Positions 1 to 12,895 of a stretch of 64,000 bases of DNA are shown piece after piece. The DNA lies in NCBI GenBank assembly GCA_963693365.1, contig CAVNZM010000004.1, forward strand, positions 4,962,564-5,026,563, written 5' to 3'. Source of the stretch: Amoebidium appalachense. Lineage: Eukaryota > Protista > Ichthyosporea. Position numbers and translations under genes: made by a program. The notes below the pieces were generated by a model that was not told where the DNA came from, made no database searches, and saw only the letters and a list, made by a program, of their open reading frames with translations. Position 1 is the stretch's first letter. Each line of letters starts with the position of its first letter.

Positions 1-294
1 GCATGCGCGTGCGGATGCGTGTCTGGCGCATGTGTGCACAAGTACGCTTACAGGCACGAGTGTGTGCGCGTGCGTGCATACATATGTGCGTGTGTAGGTG
101 GGTAAGACGCGTGGTTGACCGGGTTGCGGCGGTGGAACTGGTAGGGAAGGGGAGGTCGAGGGGAAGAACCGGGGGGGGGGGGGGGGGGGGGGGGGAGAGT
201 CTTACATAATCTATAGCCCCGCAGGGGGGGGGAGAGGGGGGGAGGGGAGGGGGGAGGAGGGGAGGGGCAAAGGGGGTAAGATAATTTATGAGAT

Positions 295-325
<31 letters not shown>

Positions 326-335
326 TATTTCTTAC

Positions 336-941
336 CTGGCATGCTATGGGCACTGCCTTGTCGACATCAAACATGAACACACCGGTCGACAGGGAGGGCA
401 GGCCAAGACTGAACGCCCCTGGCCCAGCAGCAGCTACCTCTGCAAATTTCAAAGGTAAGTTTTGTACCCCCCCCCTCCCCCCCCCCCCTCCACCCATTCC
501 CTTACATATCCCCTCCCCATCCCTCCCCCCTCCCCCTTTCCCCCCGCCCCCCCAGCACGGAGGCACCTTTCTCCAGGGAGGACATCGCAAGAGACAGTTA
601 TTAGCAATGAAACTTACAGAGCTTAACAGAAAGGAGATACTACCTGTGAGGGAGGTGGAAAGAACTCAACCCAACATCAGCACCCATTCGGGAAAGTACA
701 CACCCACCGGCACCTTCCCAGACATTTCCTTCATGACATACACACCTCCTTCAGAGCACACAATATGAAAACACCTCCTTAATTGAACACATTACCACAA
801 GGAAAAAAACCAAAAACCCGACCGGCCAATCCTCCCAACCATCTGCGACATGTACCCTCCTTCCCACCCCACAACCAGTCACAGTCTTGTGCACCCACAT
901 GCACCTGTAGCTCGATCTTTACCCTGTTGTCCCCTATTCAG

Positions 942-973
<32 letters not shown>

Positions 974-3900
974 TTCCCCCCCTTTCCCCCCGGATAAACT
1001 CACACACACACGGACACGGCCGCACACATGCACACACATCCCCACCCCTTGTCCCCACCATCCACTAATCCATCGAATCTCCTTGGCCCCAACTCACACT
1101 CGCAAAAGACCCCTCAAGCTATACACCGAGCCATCACCTCTTGTCACACGCAGGTTCAAGTACGAGCACAGACACCCACCTTCTTCTGTCAATTTTGATC
1201 CCTCGGTCATTTCATCTTTCGGCCTCGCCGCCAATTGACCACCCTCCTTCACAGCTTTCCCCACTTCCGCCCTCTCCCTCGAAACTTTCTCACCTGCCTC
1301 CACGCTATCGAGTGACCATTCCTTCGAGTGGCTGGCCTCTTCCCTCTGATATTTCTTCTCATCCCCCGCTAGTTTCTCGGCATTGTTCGAAAACTTCGGT
1401 GGTGGCGATGGTGTGCTCTGGGCCAAAATTCTACCTCGTTGGTTGAAAGAACTGCCTCTATCGGGGGAATCGTGTGCTTGTGACTGTACAGAGGATGGAA
1501 GTAAAGAAGGGGAAGCCATGTTCGTATCTGCGTCAAAGTCGGTGGGTTTGGGCCTGGATGCGGCATGTTTGATTGTTCGGTGCTTCGGAGGTGACGTAAT
1601 GGACGGTGGTGATTGGGCGGTTTTGGCTCGTTTGGTTGGCTTCTTTACCGGGCTGTGTGGGTTGTGGTTACAAGGTGAGTATGTGAGGCCCCTAATATTA
1701 GCGTTCGAACAACGGAGTTTTTAAGGGGATAATGAATGAGAAAAATGCAGTGTGAATGCGGGGAGAATACATAAAGAAACAGAGAATGTAAGTCGGGAAA
1801 GAAGGAGCCAGAAATATGCAGAATGAACAGGGAAAACGTCGACAGACAAGTAGGTAGAGGAAAGCAAGAGGGGAGAGCGACGAGGAAGAGGGGAAAACGG
1901 GGTGGGGGGCGGGTGGGGGGGGGGGGGGGGGGGGGGGGGGGAGAGGGGGAGGCAAAGTATGGATGATAGATCCGAAAAACCAGTCAGACAGGCTGCAATG
2001 GGCAGGCCATGTAATTCTTCAGCAAAAAGAACACGCCCACATGTGCACGCACACACACACACCGGTTCATCGGCTCATGGATACACCCACTCGCATCTGA
2101 AGCCCCCCCCCCCTCCCTTCCCCCTTCTCCCTTCCCTCACCCGTTCCTCCATCCCCCTCCCCCACTCATCCCCTGATCCTTCCCCACTTATCCTCCAACC
2201 CAGCCATTCACGCAAGTAAATAAACATAGAGACACGTGGCACACACAGGCACGCGCGCACACACACCTACCCCCATCTCCAACGACGAGTACCCCCCCCC
2301 CCCCCCCCTTCCCCACCTTCTTCCTTACTTCCTTACCCTCTCACACACAATCACACTCACGAAACAGCTCACCCACCCACCTGTCATCTGCCGTCCTTCT
2401 CTTTTTCCGTCCACCCGTCTGAGCAGCAGCACCACCCCCTCCCTTCCTCCCTTTACCCGCCCCACCACCACCCCCTCCCTCCGCCTCCTTTCTTCCTCGA
2501 TCTTCTCCCACCCTCATCCTCGCTTCCATCATCACCCTCCTTGCCCTCCTCCTCATCCCAATCCACCACATCCTCGTTACTGTCTTCCTCATCCTCGCCG
2601 TTGTCTCGGGTGCCTTTTTCGAGGTGGGGGGTGTCTGAACTCTTTCAAGTGGCCAGGGTTTTTGCGGTAGCAGTTTGTGCCGTACTTGCAGAGGGGCCTT
2701 AGGTCTTCATCTTCATCGTCAATGGGCCCATCGTCATCCTGTGTACGTGTGTGTACGTGTGTGGGTGGGAGGGGGGGGAGGGGGGTGGGTGGGTGTGTGG
2801 GTGTATGGGTGGGGGGGGGGGGGGGGGGAGAGGGGGGGGGTGGGGGGGGGGGGGGGGGTCGTGTTTGTGTGTGTGTGTGTGTGTGGGTTGGTGTGGGGGA
2901 GGGGGGGGGGGGAGGTGGTGCGTGTGCATATGTGTGTATGTGTGTGCTTGTGTGTGTGCGCGTGGTTGCAGGTGTTAGGAATGGGACGTGTGTGTGTCTG
3001 TGTGTGTGCTCGTGTGTACGCACGTACATGGGTGTCTGCAGTATGTGTGTGTGTGGGTGATTGTGCGGCTGTGTGTGTTCGTGTGGGTTGTGTGTGCATG
3101 TGTCTGTCTGTGTGTGTTCTTTTGTATAGCAGAACACAAGGGGGTATCAATTCGTGTGTGCTTGTCTCTTGTGTGTGCTTTTGTCTCTTGCCCCCGTTCC
3201 CCCGTCCACCCCCTCTGCTCCCTTCCCCTCCACCCTCCCTCTCCCCCCCCCCCCCCCCCCCCCCCCCGGGCTCTCCACCGGTCCACCCGCTGTAGATGCC
3301 CTATACCCACACTCTCTTATACAACCCCCCCCCCCCCCCCCTCCCTCCGCCCCACCCCCACAATCCCCCTCCTCCAAAGGAAGAAAAAAGAAAGGAAAAA
3401 ATAAAAAATAAAAAAAATAGTTTCAACGAGGGTAGACTCAAAAGACTTCCCACTTCTCGTTTTACTACACCTTGCACCCTTATCCACTCACAAAAACCAC
3501 CACCACGCATGCATACCATGCACACATGCACATTCCGCGATACATTCTGCACATACCATAAATTCCTCCTCATCCTCCTCCCCGTCATCCGCCTGTGTAG
3601 GTTTGTATTCGTCGTCACCGCTGGCGCTGTCCTCCCCTGAATCCGAATCCATCCTCCTTCGTTTTTTCTTCTTGGGCCCCTCCTCCTCCTCTTCCTCTTC
3701 GTCTTCGTCTTCTTCGTGGTAGGTTCTAAACACATGCGCACACACATACACACACAGAGAGAGAGAGAGAGAGAGGAGGGGGGGGGGGGGGGGGAGGGGA
3801 GAGGGAGTGAGAGAGAGAGATACATATATATATACAAACAAAGTTAATTCATTGCTGATCGGAAAAGAACAAATGCTCTGTTCGTCGAATACAAGTTGGT

Positions 3901-4141
3901 GTCGGAGAGGGTGCTAATGCAATGGATGTGTTGGTGGGTAGGTGGATGGGCGCGTATGTGTGGACAGGTGGGTTGGGTGTGTGAGTGTGTGTATGGGTAT
4001 GTGTGTGCTGGGTGAGCGGAGGTAAGTGGGTGGGTGGGTGGGTTGACAGCCCAAAGGCGGGCTTGGTGGGTGGGGTCCTGGGGAAAGGTGTGTGTGTGTG
4101 TGTGTGTGTGTGTCTGTGTGTGTGCCTGTGCCTGTGCCTAG

Positions 4142-4173
<32 letters not shown>

Positions 4174-4596
4174 ATGTGTGTGCGCGCGAGCATGCGTGCG
4201 TGCGTGCGTGTGTGCGTAAATTAAGGGGCACACCGGGGAGGAGCGGGCGGGGCGGGGGGGGAGGGGGGGGGGGGGGGGGGGGGGGGGCTGTCCTTATCAA
4301 TATCGAAAAAAACAAAACAAAACAGACCCTGGGGAAAACCTAACGGAGGCAAGAAGAAACATGTAAGAGCCAGTGGTCAGTGGATGCGATGATGAATAAG
4401 ACGGAACCCCCCTCCCCCCTTCCCCCCTCCTCCAACAAACACACACACACACACACACCACCAACAAAAAAACTCCTCATCCCTATGTGCTCAGATAATG
4501 TCGTCTTAGAGTTTAAACAAGAATCTTTTTTCAGAAACATATTTTTTCCCCTTTGATAATGGTTTTGTTTTTGTTTTTCTTTTGTTCTTTTTTTTT

Positions 4597-4635
<39 letters not shown>

Positions 4636-5897
4636 ATTTGGCTTGTTTAATTCCAGCATCATGTTGGTTCGCAGCATACTTAAACAACCATAAATAGGAG
4701 GGAGCAGTGAGGATAGGTGTGTGTGTGTGTGTGTGTGGGAGGGGGGGGAGGGGGGGGGGGGGGGGGGAGGACCACCTGACTTTTCTTGCTGCGGCCCTAG
4801 ATGGGCGGTGGGCGGGAAGGTTCTGCTCCTTTTTTATCGCTGCCGGTTTGGAATTTCTAAGGGGGTTCATAACATTCGGCGCTTCGTCCTCCTCTTCATC
4901 TGAATGATTTGTGTGTTAGTCAATCAATATCGTGCAAGTAATCATACGTCTCCTTTCATTTACGTGTGTTCACTTTGTGAATAGGTTCAACAGGCAACAC
5001 ATACAAGGAGTTTGTCCTAAAAAAACAAGTCTAGCAACTACAGACAGGCACGCTGTGAGGGGGGATGTGAATGCAAGGGGACAGGGCTCCCCCACGGCCC
5101 TAAATGGGTGGTGTGTGCGTGTGTGTGGGGGGGTGGGGGGGGGGAGGGGGGGGGGGGGGGGGGAAGGGGGGGCGGAGAGGGGGGAGGGGGAGGGGGAGGG
5201 ATGCGAACCAGTAAACTTAGGACAGAACACACAGCTAGATGTGCTTTAGAGCACGGCGTACATGTTTGCAGCAGACACCAGACAACACATTGCCATTTTT
5301 GTCGGAAAAAGAGCACACACGAAAGGTATGCATTCTAAGTAGAGCCCATTCCGCGCCTGAGAGGGAGGGGGGGGGGCGGGGGGGAAGGGGCTGGCTACCA
5401 TCGGAGGCTTTTGCTTTCGTGTGCACTTCTGGTGGTGGCTCTTTTTGGATCGAAGCACACTCATACAGGACTGTGTACCAATTGTCCTGCGGAAAGCAGA
5501 TCTGGACACAGGTGAAGGTGGTGGGAGGGGGAATCATTGGGGGGGAAAGGGGGGGGGGGGGGGGGGGGGGGATGAGTAAGAGAGAGTCTGTGTGTGTGTG
5601 TGCTGCGGGGGAGGGAGGGGGGGGGGAGAGGGGAGGGGGAGGGGGAGGGGGGGGGGGGGTGAGGGGAGGGGAGGGAGTTACAACCACGGCATTTAGCCTC
5701 CCCGTATCACACAGAGACATAAACATACATGTACATATTTACATATCTAAAGTATAAACTAATCAGTAAAACATGAGCAACCTAGCACCAGAAAACGAGC
5801 AGCATCTCTTTGAGTTAGTTAGTCGTCACAAACCTCCCTCTTCCCCCTCCCCCCCCCTCCCCTACACATTGAAGGTAGCAAATGTCTTCTAATGTTT

Positions 5898-5929
<32 letters not shown>

Positions 5930-7089
5930 GGTGGGGAGGGAGGGGGGGGGGGGATAAAACCCCAATAGATGAGGTTCCTCCCCCCGGCATGCCATCCCCC
6001 CTCTCCTCCTTCCCTGCACCCCTCAGATACACACCAGTCCATCCCCCCTCCCCCCCCCTCCCCACACACACACATCCCTCCCCTTCACACGCCCACCCAC
6101 CCACCCACCCACCCACCCACCCACCCACCCACCCACACACACACATACACTCACACACAACACAGCAGACACCCAACACATCATTCCCCTTCCCCCTTCC
6201 TCCCCAACCTCTTCTCCGCTTGCCCCTCCCCTCCCGTCACACACACACACAGGCATGCGTGTTCACACACACACAGGCACACATGCCCATGCCATTCACA
6301 GATTCACACCCATGCGCACACACTCACACCTCATCGCCATCACCAAGAAAATACTCGACGTCCTGTTGTATTGCAGTTTCCTTGCCACCTTCCTTCTTTA
6401 GCAACATGAACTTGTCTCGTTTCTGCAACCACAGATGTCAACGACCGGTTACGGATCTCCAACACACGACTTGTCAAAAACAAAGCTTTTTTTCCAAAAA
6501 GGCACCAACACAGCGGGTCGTTCTCTCCCTGCCTTCTTACCCCCCTCCGCCCCCCCCCCCCCCCCCCCCCCTTTCTCCCCCCTCCTCCCTCCCCCCCCTC
6601 CACGCGGAGATCCACCTGCCCCCCCCCCCCCCCCCCCTCCCTCCCCCCCCCCCTTGCCCCCTCTGGCGGGTCGTTCCTCTCCCTCCCTTCCTACCCCCTC
6701 CCCTCCCCCTCCCCCCTTCCCCAAACCCGCCCCCTCCCCCCCCCACACACACACACACACACACACACCGAGATCCCTCTGCCCCTTCCCTCCCACCCCT
6801 AATCCTAACCATATTCCCTCAAGCAGCCAACACCACACCGCCGTGTCACAAAATAATCCACCTTCTCCCAGCTAACGGCTATAGTTGACATAAAAAAGCA
6901 AGATCGTCTGGAAACCACGGTGTCTAGGCCCCTTACTTTCACCTCAAGTGACCTTTCTGCTTCTCACTCCCCTACAGGTTCGAGAGGCAAGGGTGCATTC
7001 AGAAAAGTCGAAAGGAAGGGCAGAGAGACAAAGAGTAAGTGGGTAGAGACTGTGGGACCGGAGGGAAGCGGGGGCGGAGAGGGGGGCAG

Positions 7090-7120
<31 letters not shown>

Positions 7121-7412
7121 CTCCTTGCCCCCCTGCCAACCTTTTCTCTTCTCCCCCTATCCCTATCCCCTCCTCCCCTACAGCATCGCCTGTTGCCCCC
7201 CAAATATAGATCGCATATAACCAAGAAGAAACAAGACATTAGGCACCTACCGGGCACAACAGCAATGAATCGCCTTTTGCCGTGACGTCACATTCTCTCC
7301 TGCTGCTCCTCTTGTCCTTCAATTCCAACAAGGGCCCCCTACCTAGCTGAGTGGTTTCACCAGGCGGTATCTTGGCCCGTTTGCCCGTGGGGCCAAGCAA
7401 GACCCAACCCAT
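336..7412 (-). CDS. APLF-like FHA + PBZ zinc finger + macro-domain DNA-repair protein (APLF/aprataxin-like), 3' end outside the window
   Basis: Phase-consistent GT-AG exons at about 7412-7251, 6422-6330, 5501-5399, 4899-4776, 3725-3557, 2738-2381, 1652-1180 and 439-336. The N-terminus MGWVLLGPTGKRAKIPPGETTQLGRGPLLELKDKRSSRRE resembles the APLF FHA motif (GRGPLLGITDKRVSRRH). A PBZ motif CKYGTNCYRKNPGHLKEFRHP is present, with acidic tracts. The last visible exon SLGLPSLSTGVFMFDVDKAVPIACQ resembles a macro-domain segment. Exon 2738-2381 needs two frame corrections. Confidence 0.8.
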
Positions 7413-8129
7413 GTTTTTCTAGGTTCATGCCCAGTTCAGCTTGTTCCATTTATTAGACGGTGCATGCTTTGTAGGCACCGACAGAGACAACGACAGAACA
7501 CTAAATTGAAGACGGAAATGTGTAAACACCTTTTTCGTTGTAGCGTGTATTTTACATTATATGTGTATTATACATGGGTGTTATATATATAGGAAAGCTG
7601 ACAAGCTTGAAAAACTGCGCCAAAGTCAGCGACTGCAAGCTGCGACTGCATCGCACTGGACGAAAGGGTCAGTTTTTTTGCACCTACTCAACAGACGATA
7701 GTAAAGGCAGGACATTGTTGTGTTTTAAGCTCACGAATCAAAAAATATATTTATGTTTGTAGCTTTCACAGCATTCTGGTTTAGGCACTTAATGTGGTTG
7801 TGCCCTACCTGAGACTGGTTCTCTTTGCCTCGAGTAAACAGCGTAAACCCCCTTGTGCATCACGCTGCGCTGTTGCCGAAGTAAGATTGGATTCCCAGAG
7901 ATCCATCGCATCCTATAAAAAGCAATCCCGGTATTTGGGTTGGCCCCAAAGTTTAGCATCCGATCTTTTTTTTTTACACTCAGTTCGTCTCTGGTGTGAA
8001 GAGGAAAACCATACATACAAAGTTTTAAAAGGAAAAAAGTCGAGCGAGAGAAAAGGTTGGGCTTGCATAAAGAGCCTTTGTACGTTCAACTATTTGTAGT
8101 TAAAGAGTTGTCTCGAGAAACTAGAGAAA
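7413..8129. promoter_or_regulatory. Probable bidirectional promoter region between divergent APLF-like and VAMP genes
   Basis: Head-to-head ATGs at 7412 (-) and 8130 (+) are separated by about 720 bp. This stretch is AT-richer and lacks the homopolymer tracts seen in introns. Confidence 0.5.
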
Positions 8130-9383
8130 ATGTCTGGAAGGGGACGACAGGGAAACCAGATCCAGCAGACCCAGGCACAGGTTTGTTACTCTCTTGTCTC
8201 TTTTGGACTGCATTGAAAGTCTGCACATATTTGCCGGGCTCCGTTTTCACATATTAACTTGTCTCTGCTTGGGCTGCCTCTGTATTCTTATGCTATTTGG
8301 TGCTAGAAAGGAAACACAAGGTTTTGTGTTATACGTCACAGGTTGGCAGCTAGATGACCCTCGAATTCTTGTTTTTTGTGTGGAGATGGTGACGACAATA
8401 AAGCTTCATGGATGGCGTGTAACGGATAGCCAGTATTTGTGGCGGGAAACCTGTCTGTCTGGTAGGGCTCCGTCCGTTTTTCTCACCTGTTTCTATGAAA
8501 GCGTGGAAGGCGGAGTCTGAAATGCACCTGCAGCCCCACACCACTGGGTGTGGGTGAAAAGAAACCATCCGTTGGTCTCGTGCGTCACCCCGTGTTTTGC
8601 TCAGCTTCGTTTGTTGACTATGGGCTAATACTGCCCATTTAACATCAGCACTTCATGTTTTCTCGCTGTTTGGGTGCCCATTGAAAGCATTCATCCACAC
8701 AGGTGGATGAGGTCGTGGATATTATGAGAGACAATGTCAACAAGGTGCTCGAGCGCGATGCCAAGCTGACAGACCTCGAGGACAAGAGTGAGCAGCTGCA
8801 GGATGGCGCTTCCAGGTTCCAGAAAACATCCGGTCAGGTCAGTGGAGAAGTGTATTTCGTGCAAGACTGTGTGTGAACCTCATGAGGGCCTTGGCTGATT
8901 CCCTGGCCGCCCAGTGGCTTCCTGTATCTAAAGATTAGACGTCTGCTAGAACTTGAAATATGGCAATATCCGTCTACGGTACAGCTTTCAATGTTTGGAA
9001 ACCCTAGGGTGCTTGTCAGAGTTTAAGGCTCTGTGCTGGCTGCTTGTATAGTGATGTACACTGACTGGGTCGGGAGGTGCCTCCTCCCCCCCCCCTCTCC
9101 CCCTTCCCCCCCCCCCTCTCCCCGTCCTCTTTCCCCCGGTCAACCTGTTATAGACCATGTGGGTAGCTGCTCCTTCATAGCTCCAGCCTGCACTTACGGG
9201 ATGGCCAGAGCATTTGGTCTGAAACTTTGGATTTCTGGAATTTTAGATAACCTCGGAGGATTTTCTTTGATTTCATTTTTGCCCCCTTTTTGTTTTGTGT
9301 ATTCGGCTGTGGTATTTTACTGACTTTTGTTTTGGTCCCTTGTGTGTGCGTGTGGTGTGTGCTTGGGGTTGTGCCCCCCTCCG

Positions 9384-9420
<37 letters not shown>

Positions 9421-9615
9421 AAAAGACCAACCACCACCCACCCACCCACCCGCCGTTTTAAAAAAAACAGACGTTTTAACGACCTCTGATGATGGTTTTT
9501 TGTGCAGGTCAAGAAGAAGATGTGGTGGAAGAACATGAAGTGGACACTGGCGCTTATTGGGGTTATCCTTGTAGTCATTATCATCATCCTGCTGATATGG
9601 AAGCCTTGGCAGTAG
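8130..9615 (+). CDS. Synaptobrevin/VAMP R-SNARE (short brevin, 97 aa)
   Basis: Exons 8130-8180 (MSGRGRQGNQIQQTQAQ), 8703-8837 (VDEVVDIMRDNVNKVLERDAKLTDLEDKSEQLQDGASRFQKTSGQ) and 9508-9615 (VKKKMWWKNMKWTLALIGVILVVIIIILLIWKPWQ*). All introns are phase 0 and GT-AG. R-SNARE motif, WWKN and C-terminal TM helix are present. Confidence 0.95.
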
Positions 9616-10576
9616 GTTAACTAGCCACCTAAGAACACATGTAAATGGACAAGATATATATATGTTTTAGTGATTGTGATAGCACCCAGAAATGTGTCCT
9701 GCTGGTGGTGTGTGTCTTTCTTCTGATGCCGTGTGAAAGTAGAATGCCCTCTCAACATCGCTGAGTAGAAACAACTAAGATGTCGTCATGTAGTGGGAAT
9801 AGAAGCTAAACTTATCAATGCACTTTAATATTAGACCTCGGTTCAACCGCTTGCTCTATATATAGAAGGTAAATACATCGATTGCCAGGCAGGGCCTGTG
9901 CAGCTGGTCAGAATGAATTTACGTAATCAATAAATGTGAGGATATTTGGTATTTTTAATGCCGGTATCAGTACTGTATATATGGTGTGTGTGAATAGCTG
10001 GTAATGTCCGTCTCCCCCCCACCCCCCACCCCATCACACCCCACCCCACCCCCCATCCCACCCGACCCCTCCCCTCCCCTCCCCTGCATGTGCATGTAAC
10101 TCCCCATCCCCCGCCCCTCTCCCTTCGCGCGCAGGAATTTCGTCAGACTCTGATGCGTGCGAAATACCCAAGCAAAAACATAATATATGGTATTGCTCAT
10201 ACTGCGGTCCCCCCGGGCCGTTCTCAATTTCCCAGGTCAAGGAAGTCTCTCTTGGAGACCGCTTTGTGCACGCGCATGCGCACTTGCACAATTTGTCACA
10301 TAAAGTTGCACGACCTGGTTTACACTTAAACAAGCAGTCACACATTCCATACATGCACGCATACACACATGCACCATCTGAGTCATGCATCTTCCGAACA
10401 GACATGCAACGAGATACTGATTGGTACTTTTGACATGCATTCTTTGACACTTACAAATTTATTAACACTGTGTGTGTAACAGACCATTTTTTCCTTCTGG
10501 TCTGGACTATGATATCACCAATCATTGCCACCTTGTTCTAAGGTCTCTAATATCGGAATCTCCCCTAATTTTCTCT

Positions 10577-10607
<31 letters not shown>

Positions 10608-10745
10608 CCCCTCCTCCCCCCCCCCCCCCCCCCCCCCCCCTGCCCGCCCCCCACAAAAAAAAAAAAAGAAAAAGAAAAAGAAAGAAAGAAAAAGAAAAAG
10701 GAAAAAAAGAAAAGAAAAGAAAACGAAAAAGAAAAAGAAAAAGAA

Positions 10746-10776
<31 letters not shown>

Positions 10777-10779
10777 GGA

Positions 10780-10982
10780 GTGGAGCAGTAAGCGAGTCAG
10801 GGTTTCGTTGTTGAGGTGAATGGGTCGAAACTCATGCAGGTTTCGCCGATGACTTTTATGGCCCCCCTGAGGAAGGGCTCCTATCATTATCCGGCTGTAT
10901 GCAGTTTGCGCGCGTGCACGCACTCTGCAGTGTGTTGTCCATTGTGGCTGTGTACTTCGAATTCGTACTCTATAAGGCATAC
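10780..10982 (+). mobile_element. Diverged partial copy of the dispersed structured element (intergenic, plus-strand sense)
   Basis: GGTGAATGGGTCGAAACTC...GATGAC...GGCCCCCCTGAGGAAGGGCTC...GTACTTCG matches the reverse complement of the intronic copies. Confidence 0.75.
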
Positions 10983-11284
10983 CATCCACCCAGCTTCAAC
11001 TGTTTCAATACAACCAAAGTAGTTCCCGGATTCCGAGTCATTTGTGTTCGGTTCCGTCTATATGGACTCGGAATCCTCGCCGCTTCATTACTTTCTGATC
11101 ATGAGTGACTGTTTTAATTTTTCTTCTTTCCTTTTATTTTTTATTCTATTTTTTTTCTTCTTTTTTTTTTAATATGAAAACTTAGGAAAAAAAGGCGGGG
11201 GGGGGGGGGGGGGGGGGAGGGAGAGGGGGCAGGGGTGAGTCTCAGAGGGGGGATCGGGGGGAGGAATTCGAAGAGGGATGGGGT

Positions 11285-11322
<38 letters not shown>

Positions 11323-11490
11323 AAGGCGGTTTTCGAGGGATTGCATTGCATATTTGCACGACTCGGAAGGTGCATCTACCGATACTTCAGATATATGTGG
11401 GAAGGGAGTGGGTGGGAAGACCAAGAGATCTGACCGTCCTCTCCGGCAATCGTACGCCCAAAACTGTTTGGGCAGTATACCCTCAAATCT

Positions 11491-11558
<68 letters not shown>

Positions 11559-11629
11559 GTGTGTGTGTACGCGCGCCCACGCCCTGGCATATGAGAGTAA
11601 TTTCTTACCTGTGTGTGTGTGTGTGTGTT

Positions 11630-11705
<76 letters not shown>

Positions 11706-11755
11706 AGTGAGTGTGAGTGAGTGAGTGAGTGAGTGTGGAGTGAGTGAGTGAGTGA

Positions 11756-11802
<47 letters not shown>

Positions 11803-12572
11803 AGTGTGTGACCTCAAGGATATGTAATTGAATGCCGGGGAACACCCATTCCGACAACGAGATATAGAAAGGCAGGACCCAAAACTATACTACAGTAGTT
11901 TATTTATGAATTTAGGTAAAATTCGAGGTGGGTGATTTCGTCCCTCGGAAAGTGACACTCGGCAAACCGAAAGCAGCACACCAATTATCAGATAATCAGA
12001 GAACGATAGGGGTTTGGCAAAGTTTTCAATTTAGCAAATAAACAAAACATCCAGCAAACTTTGCCGAACAGTCCTGCAGAAACGTGACCTGAATGATTTG
12101 AGATTGGGAAAAAAAGGAGATTTGGGTGGAGTGGGATCGTATGCGTGCGGGCTTTTTTTGCCCTCTTTCTTTCTTTTTCTCTTTCTTTTTTTTCCCCCTT
12201 TTTTTGGGGGGGAGGGGCGGGGAGAGGGGGGGGGGGGAGGAGGAGGGGTAAACCGTGGGTGCTCGGCCAAATTCCAACCCCCCCCCCCCCCTTTCCCCTC
12301 CCTCGAGCCCCCCCCCCCCCCTCCCCCTCCCCCCCCCCCCCTTCTTCTTCCTGTAAACGCCCCCGGCCCACCCCCTCAGCGTGTGTGTGTGTGTGTGTGT
12401 GCGCTCGCGCGCGAGTGGGTGTGCACATGTGCGTGCGCCCCTCGTGTAAATGTACATACTGGACGTGTGACCAGCTGTGCGTGCGCGTGCGCCGGAGTGC
12501 TCGTGTTGTGGGCGTGCGTGCGTGTGTGCAAACTATGTGTGCGTGTGCCTGTCAGTGACACGCGAAAGACTT

Positions 12573-12895
12573 TCTGATGTTGGAAGAGGCGACGGCTAGA
12601 ACACACAGCTTTATATCTTCAGCTACTTTTCCGGAGCAACCAAATATTCCCACCTGCAACAGCATGATATCTGCACATAGCACGTGCACCATGTGGTTGG
12701 TGGCTTGGTTGCCCAACCCCCACTATCCCGAATCCGGATAACCATAGCCTGCACAGTTTAGGGAGTGTGATTGTGGGATTTCAGAAACACAGTAATTTCA
12801 TCTAGGATGCATCCTAGATGAAATTAGTATGCCCCGGAAAAGTAGCTGAAGGTATAAAGCGGTGTGTTCTAGCCGTCGCCTCTTCCAACATCAGA
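12573..12895. repeat. Fold-back element: about 66-bp inverted arms with an internal perfect 34-bp palindrome (MITE-like or hairpin RNA)
   Basis: Arms 12573-12638 and 12830-12895 are reverse complements with 3 mismatches. TAATTTCATCTAGGATGCATCCTAGATGAAATTA at 12793-12826 is a perfect palindrome. Confidence 0.85.
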
